A stretch of 64,000 bases of DNA from Amphiscolops sp. MND2022 (GCA_964187785.1 OZ076409.1:90770001-90834000), one strand, 5' to 3'. Counted from the first letter of the stretch, positions 25,601-40,600 are shown. Program-made: numbers and translations. Notes: generated by a model not told the origin, from the letters alone.

Positions 25601-28600
25601 ATATTATTCAATCTGAGAATCTAGTTGCAAGCCCTAGTAAGTCTCCTAAATTGCAGCCTGAAAACTTGGAGGAATAAAACATCTTTGAGAAAAGAAATAA
25701 AATCTGATCTAGCAAAAATGTTAGCTGAAAACCAAAAAGAAATGATGAAACTTGTAGCTCTGATAACTAAAAGATCATCCACTCATCAAAATGCTCAAGA
25801 CTCTGACTCCGAAACTGAAAATATCGCCGTTGCTCGTACGTCAACACCTGTGAAAACTAATATGGCTGCATCTAAAACTACTCCAATAAACAATCGTAAC
25901 ATGGTGACAGGAGTCCTCAATGATTCCACCAATCAACCCACCAAAAGACCAAAACAACAACATTCACTCAGCGAACCGACCAAGGACCGCCCCACAACAT
26001 CACGACTACTGTTCGCACCTCAAACGCAAACGTTCCAACCACCTAACATGCTGCCAATGCCGGAAGCGATCACTGCTTCGCTACCCGTCTTTGACGGTAA
26101 GTCTGAAACATTTGATCTTTTTGAAGACTTATTCCGAAACAACATTAAAATGTATCCTCACCTCACTGAGATACCGAAAATAAAATATTTTCACTCGCTA
26201 TTATAAGGAAACGCACCCCAAGCGTACTGGAATCTCGCTGACACCAAAAAGATAATTTTGAGGAGATCATAACGGCATTCAAACGTCGTTTCGAGGACTT
26301 CCAGTCTTCCGCAAAAGCGAGATACGAGTGGGACGCTCTGCATGTTGATTCCACAAAACAAAAATTACACGAATTGCTTGACGTCCTCCAAAAAACAGTT
26401 AAGGAAGCTTGCGATTCTGAAGCGCAAAATTTCATAGACAAGGCAATCTACGCTAAAATGCCGGACCACGTCAAAGAAATCCTCAACAGGGCGTACCTAG
26501 AAGAACAACCGTACAACGATATCGTCCTACATCTTGAGCGAGAAATGCGATTAAATGGATTAGGAGCACCTGACAAAACAACCCTAATCCCCTGAACACA
26601 GTAGACGCAGTAGTGACGGCCGTACTCCGAGATAAACCCACATGAGACAGAAGAGATTTCAGGATGAGCTGAATTCCGGACAATACATACCTGAAAACTA
26701 ATTCGAAGAAAAACAAGCTGGGAACGGCCCAAGTCGGCGCCATGTCTAAGGCTCAAAAATAGCAAAAGGATTTCAATGTGTCAAGTATTCTCTTCTACAG
26801 TACCCGCGTGTGGAAAAAATTGAAAAAAAAATTCCCGAAATTTTTTGATTTTTTTTCAAATTTTTTTGGTCTCCGGTAAGTCGCATAGTGCCAAATAATG
26901 TAAAAGGGGGTCCTCTGGGAGTTTTGAACATCCATTCGTTTGCAAAATAGAAACAAATTGAATGGGGGACCGCTTGGAGACATTTAAAAAAGTCTCACAA
27001 AGCCTAAATAACCTGCACAAAAAACTTTGGTCAAGGGTGGCACTCGAATCCACGTCTTAATTGAGCTCAAAAAAGCCTAATTATCCTCTCTGCCAAGTGC
27101 CAGTAGAAGTAGTGTGGCAGTTAGTGTTAGTGCAAGTCAGCTGATAAAGCTTATAAAATCTGTCAGTTCGTCGGTTTTAAAAAAGTCACTGCTATAGTCT
27201 TCGTTTTTCTTAGAAAAGCGCCGACTAAAAAGAAAAGTCACTGCTACAGTCTGCGTTTTCTACGAAAAGCGCCGACTTAAAAACACCGACAACTAGCCGG
27301 GAACGGCCCATTTCGGCACCATATCTAAATCTCAAAAATAGCAAAAGGACTTTAGTGTCAAGAAAACGTTATATCCGAACTTTGAAAACGTTACATCAAA
27401 CTTTGAAAACGTTATTTCTGAACTTTGAAAACGTTATTTTTGGAAAAAAGTCTCTTAGTGCCGAAAAAACCAAAGGGGGACCGTTTGGTCTCCCCTCTAC
27501 TTTTGGAAGCATAAACGAGAAACGTTATATCCGGAATTGGCTATATCCGGTTTGCGTTAAGTCGGGTTTGCGCCAAAAAATCCAAAGGGGGACCCTTTTC
27601 TGACATTGAAAAATTCTCCAAAAAACGTTGTATCCGGTATACGCTATATCCGAAATTCGTTATATCCGGTTTGCGCTAAATCCGGTATGGGTTGTGTCAT
27701 TGGCGAAAAAGGGACTCCTTGGAACTTTTGAGAGCTTTGAAATTTATCCAAGGAACGTTAAATCCAGTATACGTTACAGCTTGTAAAGCTTATAAGATCT
27801 TTCATTTCGTTGGTCTTAAAAAAGCCAGTGCTCGTCTGCGTTTTCTACGAAAAGCGCCGACTAAAGAAACATTGGCCAAAAACTGTATGCAACGGTGTGT
27901 TTTTTTAAAGAAATGTAGCGCTCCAATGGTTAACATTGAATGGAAAAAAACGAGGTTCAAAAGTAGGAAACGTTGTTTGATGTGAACAATTCTCAAGTGA
28001 AAAAAGGGAATCAACCAAAAGCTCCGGCTAAAATTTAAATGGCAACATGCTCCCGTGTATTAATCGCTAAAAGCGCGAGCGCTTGTTGAAGCGCAGCGAC
28101 GGGGCTTCCCCAAAGAAACCAAAGAAGCGCTTTTCGAAAAACAAAAGCGGCCGCTATAAGCGCCCTTTTGAATAGATATTTTGTATCAATTTGTTTTTAG
28201 AATATCTCTATTTAATATGTCAAGTAGTCTGTGAACTTATTTTATGTTCGTCCTAAGAAATCTAAAAGTTGTTCTCATTGTATTTTTTCAGACTTTTCTG
28301 ATTTTACTCCTCGTTCCAAGTACCAGTTTCAAGCAAGACCAATCTTACTGAGCATGAACAGTTCACAATATTTACTAACAATGTTTTTTGAACAAGCGCA
28401 TAAGCGAAAATGAGTGGAACCCTAATAAGCGACCTACGCGAAAAGCGCCGATGAAATAAGCGCAAACGCTCATAAGCGCAAACTTCGTAAGCGATCAATA
28501 CACTGATATGCTCGGCTTTGCTCAAAAACGAAACACCCGAGTCAGAAATCATTGTGCTGATACTTGTTCAAAATCGAATGGTGATCACAAAGAAAAGTTT

Positions 28601-31600
28601 TTAACATGAAAATTCGTTCAATCTAAATAGTTTCATTTTTGAGCTACATGAGATTCAATGTTGAACTTTCAGCCATTTGTTACCGCCGCGGACACAATAG
28701 TTAGAACAGATTGATAAAACGCAACTGAAAACGCTTTGATCGATATGACAGGTTATTATTTAAAATATGAAATTGAACAACTGATCAAAACATACAGTTC
28801 AAGCACTGATTACCTTGACGTCTAGTTAAATTACTGTAACGCCAAGCTCTCACCATTGCCGCAGCTCACCTATAGAGATGGAGGAGCACAACGTATGTGT
28901 ATTTGCCCGGGGCAGGCCCCCATGACCATGAACACATTTTGCCTCCTTCGGGTAAAAACTGTCCCATCAGAGGAGGATTCTGCCTCGTGTGGAGTGCTCG
29001 GTGACCTGGTCCAGTCTTTAATTGCTATCGGTAGCGTTAATTACAAATTTCTCTCTGAATTACCTCTCAGAGAGTCTTTAAGAATCACGGTGGTGGCAAA
29101 GGTAAATTTCTTTGTCACAGATCACGGTGACAAAGTAGCACACGAGCTAAATCATCAAGATAATTGGTATTTTACGACACAATTAACACGGCACGGCAAC
29201 AATTAGAGGGGAACACAAGTATGGACGCTTATTTAAGCGAACAGACTCATTTCAAGTAATTGCAATAATTAGTAGCAACTTGCTAAAGAAAGCATCGGTT
29301 GAAACAGAAGTCCGTATTGGCGTAATTAGCAAAATTGAATTTTGCGGCGTACTTCGCACTTTCTCAGTTCGCTTTTTTTCGTCTTCGTGCAGCGGGTCTG
29401 GGTATCACACTGTGTCGCTCTAGGCCTCGTTTATTTAGCTGGCATGTCTTTTTTAAAGACACAGAGGCGATCACAGGAATATGACCAAAATCATCAAAAT
29501 CTGGTCCCTTGAAGGAACTTTTCAAAATTTCAAACGTCGATGCTGGGTGGTCGTTACATACGGTTATTCCGTGGCTTCTTCGTGAGATATGCCTAAAAAA
29601 CTCAGAAAATCATAGTGTCCTTATCTATTACGACCGCGACTGTAACTGTTGTAATTACTGGAGATTTGAGAGAGTTTTCCAAGTTTAACTTTTCGTTTTC
29701 TAACTAACCTCGTTAATGGTTTCCATTTCAACGGTCCGTCGATGAGATCTGTACAGCTTATGAACTTCTCCCACGTCTCTCAACTCAAACACGGGCGGAT
29801 TGCTTTGTTCATCTTGTTCATACCTAGTAAACGAGCAAAAACGTCATACTTTTGCTCTGAAATCAACGGTGATTGAGCCAAAGCTCATGAGTTGTTTCAA
29901 CGAAAAAATATTCAGACTCAAAGTTACAAATAGCTTTCTAGGGTCAATATTGAGGGGTGTCATGAATTCGTCGATATAGTGTTTCTTCCGGATAGCATTG
30001 AATGATTTCGTGTATAATTAATTAATTGCTTCAGAACATTTTTTGATAACCATGAAAATGCGTAAAAACAAATTTATAATGCAGGAAAAGCTCCAGTTTC
30101 AAAATATCAGAGTGTCGGACGACGTTGAAAAATATTCAAAACGACAACCAAAGTTGCTAAAAAATCGGAAAACGACCTAAATTATCAAAACCACATAAAC
30201 TTGTTCAAATAAATACGATTGAAAGTTTGCAAGCAACCAATGCAGTATTTTAAGTCTTTGTAGCTCATCTTTGGCTTCAATTTAGCGTATGTGCCTCCTG
30301 AACGTCTTTTTGAAAATTTTGATTGCTCTTTTTTTTGCAGTAACCAATTGGAATCAAGATGTGTAAAATCCTATAACAGTTGTTGGCAACGCGATGCGAA
30401 GTTGCATTGAAATTTTGCGTTTTTCAAGAAACGAAAAATCAGATTCTTGAAAAGTTTTGAATCTTTTCTTCCACCAGTTTCTGCTATAACGTCAACATTT
30501 TTTTATAACAATGTTATTCCTTCACTTCACCTGGCCTGAAGGCTAAAGTGACTTTCTCTACGTGGTGAGTGAGTTCCTCTGCGTGTACTTGGGTTCGAAT
30601 CCTGCGCTAGATGATTTTTTTGAGCTTGTGAAGGTACAGGAATGACCAAAGGTTCCAAAGGTTTGGCACTGAATGACTTAGCAATAAAATATTTATTGAA
30701 GAAACCGTTTTGAACCTTAAGGTGACCTCTTCGACTATTTTTGGCAGTGTTAGACAGATGAGAGTTTTTTAGGATGTGGATTTTTTTTTTGCTTCACTGC
30801 AGATTCACTTCTTCTTCTTCATTGACACATGAATGAGTAAAAAGAATTCATTCAATTGGGGTTTTGTTTCTAATTTGAGATCGAGATTTAATAGTTGTTT
30901 GTAGCTCCAAATAGGGACAAGGAACGACCTTGAGCAATTCTTCGGGTCCTTGCCCTATCTTAACAAAAATGAAGCCGTATAGTATCTGCATAGAAGATTC
31001 ATGAGTTGGCGGGGTGGACGCCGAATAAGCAGTTCTGCTTTTCTAAGTCAGCGCCTTTTTGGATACTATCTCCCCATAGCAAGCTATGGTACCATATTTG
31101 CAGCCAAGTGGTCAAGTAATGGTGGACTTGAAGCTGTGGTTTCAAAGTGACTTGCTCAAGGTCACAAAGGTCTGACTGCTCACCGTTGCTCTTTTTCTTT
31201 TGCTTTTCTCCGCCAAATGCTTTATTTTTTGTCATTGACCATACCACTAAGCTAGGGATGAAGGACTTGCTTAAGGACCAACAATGGTGAGTTGAGAGAG
31301 ATTCGAACCTGATACCGCCCCAGTACAGGCCGAAAGCTCTAACCACTACGGCATGCTCCCCACGCTAGAAGACTTGTTTGTTTTTTTTTCAAGTCGTTTC
31401 TTTTTGTAATGCTATACAATATTGGAATTCCGAAGTCCTAAGGGGAGTCTTTAGGCGTAGTTTTGAACCTCATAGCCCATTTATCGAAAAAGCGGAGGAT
31501 GTTTTATCTTTGAAGGGCATTTTCTGTGATTAAATTAACAGATTTTATCAAATATTAACAGACATGCCATTTCCCACCTCCACTGATGAATAACAATATT

Positions 31601-34600
31601 GATCTTTGATATTGTTTGGGTTTTGTAACAGAGTTTCTTCAACATTTTTGGAAACATAGACACCTAATCGCAAACTAAAATATGGTTCATTGCTCATTAT
31701 GGTTCCTGTGGGCGGATTCCAAATATTTCCTAAAATATGGTTCATTGCTCATTATGGTTCCTGTGGGCGGATTCCAAATATTTCCTAATCGCTGACCAAA
31801 TTTAATTTCGGTAATTCATGAACGATTGAGTTAAGCGTCGTAGATAAATGCTTCTTTGAGTTAGCTCGACACAAACAAAAAAGTCTTTGCAAAATACCAA
31901 TCTAGAGACCAATGCAAGATTAAAAAGTTTGATGGTCGCCCAAGAACAAACATCTTTCTGCCCCAATGCTCCAGATGCCCAGTCTTATCGCATCCCCGTG
32001 AGATTAATGACGTCAAGGCAAAGAACAAATTTAAACAGAGAAAGAGGTTAACGTCGCCTACAGTGATTAATTATAATTTTTGTTCAGTACAATTATTTAA
32101 TCACCCAATAAGGTTTTGTCAAATCGGGGTAGTATTTGCAGACCGAACAGATAAGTGCCAGCATTGGGAACCTCTCATTTTGAAGACAAATCTCTTTGTG
32201 AAGCAGTTTTGAGACAAGGCAATCGATCGTTGTAACAAACCAACCATGAGACTTCTTCTGCTGCCCTTTTTTGTGGCCGCTGTTTTTGGTAAGTTTTTGG
32301 CAACTCATAACTTCTAGTTCAGTGGGGAGCATGGCGTAGTGGTTAGAGCATTCGGCCTGTACTGGGGCGGTATCAGGTTCGAATCTCTCTCAACTCACCA
32401 TTGTTGATCCTTAAGCAAGTCCTTCATCCCTAGTGGTATGGTCAATGACAAAAAATAACGCATTTGGCGGAGAAAAGCAAAACAAAAAGAGCAACGGTGA
32501 GTAGTCAGACCTTTGTGACCTTGAGCAAGTTACTTTGAAACCACAGCTTCAAGTCCACCATTACTTGACCACTTGGCTGCAAATATGGTACCATAGCTTG
32601 CTATGGGGAGATAGTATCCGAAAGGGCGCCGACTTAGAAAAGCAGAACTGCTTATTCGGCGTCCACCCCGCGGTAATGGGGAAATTAACTTCACTTCACT
32701 TCTAGTTTATTGAAACACCAAAATTTCTATTAAGAGTTTAAATAAAAATCCATAATTATTGATCAGCCGTAACCCAAAAAGAATACCCTATCAAAAATAA
32801 CACCAAGGTTTTTGTATATAAACAACTCAGAGAATATCGATAGTTGAAATTGAAAAAGTAAATTAAAGATTCACAATTAAAAACATTGAAGCCGAAAATG
32901 CAGAATCATTTTTTAAAATAAAAATACGATAAAATGAGAAATCAATGAGTTGATATTTGTTGAAAAACGCTCACAATATAAAAGGGTTTTAGGATTTTCG
33001 AACTCTATACAATTTTAAAACACGGGAAAATACGATGAAAACCATGGCAATCATATCGCCAAGAAACCTTTGGCATGACCAGGTGTTAATTAATGATCTT
33101 ATTAGAATTAAATCAGCTAGTCGAAGTAGGATCAAGTTTCAAAGTGTTGGAAATCAATGGCCGCCAGGTATGTGAATATGGTGATTTTCATAATCACAGA
33201 GATGAATATAATTCACTGAACGCACGCTGAACGCACGCTGAACAGGAAGTAGTAGTTCTTGAATTCACTCGTTCAGCGTGCGTTCCCCAGTTGAAACTGC
33301 TTGAAACTTTTGCATGATTTTATAGGCTGCCAAACACTTTTAGCATGATTTTGGGAGTTTCATGGAAAATCATTAATGCTAAACAATTTCCCTGATGCAA
33401 TGCCATTTCTTCAGGTATTTATTAGGATTTCTATACAACTTGGCGGGTTTTCAGAGCAACATCAAGGAAGTTCAAGAAAAATTTCCCGCAAAATTTTCCA
33501 TGTTTTTGCGGGCAAACCCTCAAATTCTATGAGTGTGGTGACGCTAATATTCGATGTAAACAAATTTTTACGTGTGCCAGTGTGGCAAACAAATTCGTAT
33601 AACTGGAATTTTTTTCCGATAGAAAATTGTTTTTTCGCATGAAAACCGTTGGAATAGGCAATATTTATCACTTTTCGGTTTTGGAAAAACGGAAACATTT
33701 CCATAATAAAGTTATACACGGCTTTTTAGGGGAACTACTTTAGAACGGAATATCAAAATAAGACTGTTTTGATTGGTTGAAATTCAATTTCTTTTTCAAC
33801 CACATTCAGCGCCGAAGCAATTCACCAATCCTCGAAAACTAGCGAAAATGACTATTTAAAATTTTTTGCGAACTTTTTCGTTGAAGTTTTTCGATTGTAT
33901 TGAAAAATTTGGTATTTTTCGATGAAAAATTCAACAAAATTTTTCGACATGAAAAATTCTAATCCAAGAAATTCAGACAAATTCTGCTATTATATTTTAT
34001 TGACAGGGGCGATGGAGACATATCAATGAGAAACTAAAGTTGACTGCTTACTTTCTTGCTTAAGTTCATTCTTAAAAGACATCTTTTTTCGGTCCAAAGA
34101 AAGACGAAAAATTTCTCTTTGTCACGAAACGTTTTCCTTGCAAACTGAAAGTCTCAATGTATAGTTCGTTTGGATTCAAAAGTTGCTGACATTCTGAAAT
34201 AAAATGTCACAGTTTTGTTGAAACCGCTATTAAACTTCAATACATTGTGATCGTAAATCTCTAGGCAACCTTGCAATTTTTCTTGGAGAAACTTGATTGG
34301 CTTCTCTAGTCACTATACGAAAGGCTTTCTGTCCACCATAGAAAAGCCGCGGCTCGCTTCCAATGTTTTACTATATTGATTATTTTCGGGGAGCAGGAAT
34401 AACGTCTAAGGAATAACGTCTAAAGCCAAGTCATGCTCAGTCATGCTCAGCTCAGTCATGCTGATTCCCAATCTTAATACATTGAATTTAGACGTTATTC
34501 CTTTAGACGTTATTCCCGGAACACCTTTTAGACGTTATTCCTTTAGACGTTATTCGCGCCCCTAATTATTTTCCACGGAAAAATAATTTACGGGTTTTCT

Positions 34601-37600
34601 GAGAAAAATTTCCTAAAATGATGTTCATAAAGATATAATGTATACTCTGCCTTCAAAATTTCTTATCCCCCCATAGCTTTAGAATAATCTTGATAGCAAG
34701 CCACTTACGTGTTTTTGAAGAGTTTCGATAAGGAGACAATTAATTGTTGAAATAAGTTCGCAGCCGACAGAAATTGATAGTCGTAGCTATGTTGAAAATT
34801 GTTTCCTTGGAGTTTTGAAAAATCTAGTAAATGAACGAGTTTTGTAAAATGGTCCGATCCAAGAACAGGACTTACAACGACGAACAGTGATTTGAAATAA
34901 ATTAATCAAGTAATGCTTCGAATTCTTCCTCAAATGTGAATCCACGTGAAACTATCAAATCTATAATGGGATCCTTTCTGTTATTCCTTCACAGTAAGCG
35001 TGGAAAATTTAATTCCCCACCACTATCAACGATGAGTTTCAGTAGCAGTTAGAGTTATAAAACGGTGACTATTCAAATCGTAGAATATTCAAACCTCGAA
35101 AAAATCAAAGCTATTCAAAGCGTCGAAAGAATTCCATAGCAGCGATAATTTTCAGGTTATAATTTGAAGAGGTTAGCATATTTGAAGAGTCAGCTATGTT
35201 CACATACACCTAGTGCCCTGAATGCAGGAGCGAAGCGAAGCGGAGCGACGTGCCATTTGGCCATGCCTCAATGTTGCTACTTGGCGAAGGGAGCGAAGCG
35301 ACCGAGCCATACAACAAATATGCTAACGTCTTCAAATAACTTTTCGGAATGATGGAACGGTAAATTTATTTTCGGAATAATGGAACGGTAAATTTATTTT
35401 CGGAATAATGGAACTGTAAATTATTTTCGGAATAATGAATAGCAATCTTATTCCCTTTAGATCTTATTCCCGTCTTGAAATTTCAAATCTTATTCCCTTT
35501 AGATTGTATTTCCTCGAAGCTCTTGTATACAGTATTCCTTATGTTTATAACAGTTCGTATTTGAAAACGTTTTTTCTTTTTCAGTTCAGTTTGCTCTATT
35601 TGACCCATCAAAATTATCATTCAGCGTCTTGTCAAAATATCCAAAGCTTTTATCATTCAACTGCTTGTCAAAATTATTAATTCCTGTGAAGTCACAGCTG
35701 CTGCCAACAGTTTAACTACTACTACTATCAACGATGTCTCAAATAAATCAACTCGAAAGAAGGTATGATTCCTCATTGTTTTTTAATCTATTAGATCTTA
35801 TTCCATTTTGGTACTTTAGATCTTAGGTGTACCCACTATTGATATATGAGTTTTGAATTATACTAAACTTGCTCAATTCTATGCTTACGGGACTGCCGAG
35901 CACTAAAACGACACACCGATTTCGTCGAATCATTCATGTTTTTATTTGTAAGCAAAATACCCCCAGAGCATAATTGGTAGACTGCTCTTTTCAAGTCTTG
36001 AGCGAGGCGTCATGTGTTTTTAGCACTTTCTTTCGAGTTTCGTATTTTTTACTGCAAAACAAAGATGGAGGAGGTTTTTTATTAAGTCAACTTCTGAAGT
36101 GCCTCTGCTACGGACAGGTGTTCACTTTATGCGTAGTTTTCGTTTGATGTTGCATTAATCGCACAGGAAACAGCTTTTTGTCGATTTAGCAGCCATAATT
36201 GATACAAAAAACTTTGGAATTAAAAAAAATGGATGTTCGAAATTGTCCCGGGTGAGTATCCTCGAATATGTCTCAGACTGTTATAAATTAAGGATGTAAC
36301 GTATGATTTTTTTAGCAGGGATGTTCAATCAATAATTGAAAAAACAATCATTGCAATGATTGGCGAAAAATTGATTGCTGATTATTCTCCGCCCCAATTA
36401 TTGATTGCTAATTTTCCAATTATTGGCAATTCTTTGACTAAAACCCTATTTAGGGAAAATATTGATTTGTCGTCAGATTTAGCTTTATAGCTTTATTTGA
36501 TGAAACATGTCGTAAATTTAAAGATTTGATAAGAAAAGTAATTTGGTTCGAATGCTCGTATAGTCAACAGTAAGCATTTCGAAACGGGTAGTAAAAATAC
36601 TGGAGCGCCGCGAAAATGACATGGCACTTTGCGAAAAAATTGCCTGTGCGAGACTAAAAAAGATTGAAGGTCAATAATTCTAATTTGTTTTCATCGAAGC
36701 TCCCCTCAATTTTTTTACTAGAAACGAAACGTTCTGCGAGCGCAAAGATTCGCTCAAGAATTTCGGCACTGTGCGATTTAGCGGAGACCTTCAGTTAATT
36801 TTTTTTCGAGAAATGACGAATTTTTTTTCCAATTTTCTGCTTTCCTGAAGATTCAAGAGTCTGCACCCAACTGGTACGACAGAACCTTGCTATTTGGTGT
36901 AGTGTCATTTTTGGACTTGTTGGATCTCCGCTTTTGGATTACTGCCTCTCGTGTTTTTACAATCTGGGTAATAGTTTTCTCCATACAATGCCGCTTTTTT
37001 GAAAATGTCTTGTTTTTTAGCGTTTTGAAATTCTTTTTGGATCGTTCTCTTTGAAAACGTTTCCGAAAAAAAAACGCAGAGAAACATTTGCGATGAGTTT
37101 CAACATTGTTTTATGGGATCTAGTTGTAGACTTTTCCGTAAAATGAGTGATCGTGTAGTCCTAAAACCTAAAAACCCGTTTTGCAGTTATTTTGTAAAGA
37201 TTTTTGGATGCATCATTAGTTTTAAACATCGGGCATATGAAACTAGAAAACTGTCATACGAAAATTCCCTTTTTGTATTTTCTCGAATTGTTTGCTGTGA
37301 GTCCTTCAAAGGTTGTGAGGTGAATGCTGGCCCATTAACTTTATCACTGCATGTTTCAGAGCGTTTCTCCAGGAAGCTTTCCTGAAGATTCAGGAGTCTG
37401 CACCCAACTGGTACGACGGAACCTTGATGTTTGGTGTATTGCCAATTTTGGACTTGTTGGATCTCCGCTTTTGATTACAGCCTCTCGTGTTTTTACAATC
37501 TGGGTAATATTTTTCTCCATGCAATGCCGCTTTCTTGGAAATGCCTTGTTTTTAGCGTTTTGAATTTTTTTCCTTTTTGGATCGTAGCTCACGATTTTTG

Positions 37601-40600
37601 AAAATGTTTCCAAAAAAAACAAGAAAAAGATTTGCGATGAGTTTCAACATTGTTTTCCGGGATCTAGTTGTAGAATTATCCGTAAAATAAGTGATCGTTT
37701 TGCAGTTATTCTGTAAGGATTTTTTGGATGCATCATTAGTTTTAGACATCAGGCATATGAAATTAAAAAACTGTCATACAAAATTTCCTTTTTGTATTTT
37801 TTCGAGTTTTTTTTATGTGAGTCCTGCAAAGTAAGTGAGGTGAAAGCGGGCCCAATAACTTTACCACTGGATGTTTCAGATGGTTTCTACTGGAGCTTTT
37901 CCTAAAGATACAGTAGTCTGCGCCCAACTGGTACGAAAGAACCTTGGAAGCTGGCGTAGTGTCAATGACGGATCTTGTTCCTAATGCCCCCACCAAATAC
38001 CGGACATTTGCGAACTCTTTTTATATCCTTTCTTTCTGTAGTTTTTATTGTTGTGCCAATTTTGTCGTTTATTTTGATTCTTCAATTCATATTTTAGTTT
38101 TTTTTGCGTTTTTCATAAGTTTCTGCGAAGTTTGAGGAAAGAAAGAGCATAGTTTCCCTAATTCTGCGGCGTGAACGCCGAATAAGCAGTTCTGCTTCTC
38201 TAAGTCGGCGCTTTTGAGATGCCTATATTGAGTTTTCGGAGTGCTTTTTGATCTGAATTGCACGATTTTTTTCCAAAATTTTTACCATTTGCTTGAACTT
38301 TTTTTTCAATTTTCTTATAAACTGCAGGGTTTTTTTTTCAAAGGGCATGGAAATGCTTCCAAGTTTTTCCAAGATGCAGGGAAAGTTTTATAAGTTTTTC
38401 CAAGATGCAGGGAAGTTTTTACAAAATTTTCCATGCAGGGTCCCTGAAGTTTCTAAAATTTATCAAAAATGATCCCTGCGTGCATGCCTGTGCATGAAAG
38501 AATTTCCTGCAATCTCAACCCGGGTTCAGCGTACTCGAAAGTGAATTAATTCACGAGGGTTTGAAAAACTCATTCAAGAACTGATTTAGTCAACGTGAAT
38601 TCTTTTTCACCGCGTGGATCTTTTCTGTTAATTCCCCACTAATTTAATTAACCCCCCCCCCCCAGTTAAGCGGTCAAGTAAAATTATCATTCAATTAATA
38701 GTAACAACCAATCAACTAGTTTCAGTTGCAGTTAGAGTTATAAAATACTGCAAGCTTGCAGTATTTTATAACTCTAACTGCAACTGAAACTCATCGCTGA
38801 TAGTGGTGGGGAATTAAAATTTCCGCGCTTACTGTGTGTGTGTGTGGGGGGGGGGGATTAACAGAAAAGATCCCACCGCGTTACCACGTTCGTGGTTTCA
38901 ACGTTTTCACATTTCAACAATGTCAATTCAAGATTATTGGCTGTAGTACTTACAGTCAAAGGATTTTTTTTAGTTATAGCGTTAAAAATTATCTTTAAAG
39001 TTATGGAACATTTTTACTTTTTCATAACGTGACTTCTTTAACTCCCAAATGCCGTAATTCTGAAGTAAAACTTCGGAGAGAGTAATGATCATAAAGATTC
39101 ATTCTGATAAAACTTTTTTGATTTAAACTAAAATTGTCAATGTTCATGCAAATCGTGTTTTGTTTCAGGTATTGGTCAAGATGGTAAGTGAACTCAAGAA
39201 TCAAACCAAAACTGAACCCATGATTCGACACTGAAAAACCGATTGTGCACTAAACCTCCCAAGCTTGAATTTATTCGACTTTTTCGTGAACTCAGTCTTT
39301 TCCCCGTGTCCAATGTTCATTTTCAAATATTTCTCAATAAAAACAAACGTTTTCATATCATGGGCAAAAACATTGCTCCGAATTATTCATCAGAATCTGT
39401 TAAAGCATGGTGTTCTTGAAAACTTTATGACCACCTAGTAATGCTTTCTGATACCCCTTCGCTTGAAGAATATGGCTTTACTTTCCAAATGATGCTCTAA
39501 ATATATTCATTCGGAGTCGTAATTTTTTCCCCAAAGGCAGCAACGATGCAAAATGTTCGGTTGGATACTTGAGGAGAAACTTGAGCAAAAACATGGTAAG
39601 TTCTTTGGGAAAAATTATCTCAATCGAATAGAAACGAAGCTTTCAAAAAAAGCTAGTTTGAATACTTATATACGTTTAGCTATATTTCAGTGCTAATTAG
39701 AACGGCGTCTTAATGAAAGCTACAAAACTTTGCGGCGCAGAATTGCCGCCAAATTTAAGATGCATTTTATAGGCAGCTTGATAAAATTAAATCGAATCAG
39801 TGAAGTTTTAATGCATGGACGTTTCTTTGAAAAGTTTATAAAACCATGGAAAATTACCGTAGTAACCTACAAAAACATGTAAAAAGTTCAAGCAGTTCCA
39901 ACCAGGGAACGTATAAGTGTTAAGTGTTTAGTAAAACCGAAACTGAAAGTTTGAAGTTATGTCATCAGTTCTCTGGTTTAACAATAATATTTAGAGAAAC
40001 TTTCGAAAAGTATGTTGTTTTCAACAGCGACCGACATTTTCTTCGGAAGAGTCAACTACGGGGTTGTCAAAGAACCAGTGACGGACGAGACATCATTCCT
40101 CTTTAAAGGTCCACTTGACGGTCACGATGCTCTCGCAGATTGTTCCTCTGATTTCACAATGCTGAACTTGTACTCACGAGGACCCAAGTTCGTAGTAGAG
40201 ATCAACTGCAACGGAGAAACGAAATGGGCTCACTACGAATCTACTGGTAAAGCAATATTGTTGTTTGTTGTTTTATCGCCGCACCAATTAATGAAGCTGC
40301 ATCTCCTCGTAGTTAGCATACTCTTTCACAAAAAAAAGATTGATCCACAAAAGGTCCGCAAATTAATCAAGTTTTGATGGACTATTTAAAAATGTAACGA
40401 CAAAAAATAACGCATTTGGCAGAGGAAAGCAAAATAAAAAAGAGCAACGGTGAGCAGTCAGCCCTGTTTGACCTTGAGTAAGTCACTTTGAAACCACAGC
40501 TTCAAACCGACCGCTGCTTGACCACTTAGTTGCGAGTATGGTACCTTAGCTTGCTATGCGGAGATAGTATCCGAAAGGGCCCCGACCTAGAAAAGCAGAA

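Noticed and set aside
27360..27700. Short regularly spaced cgttatatccg repeats resembling a CRISPR array
   Set aside because: Degenerate tandem units inside a Helentron-type repeat, no unique spacers or cas genes, eukaryotic context.
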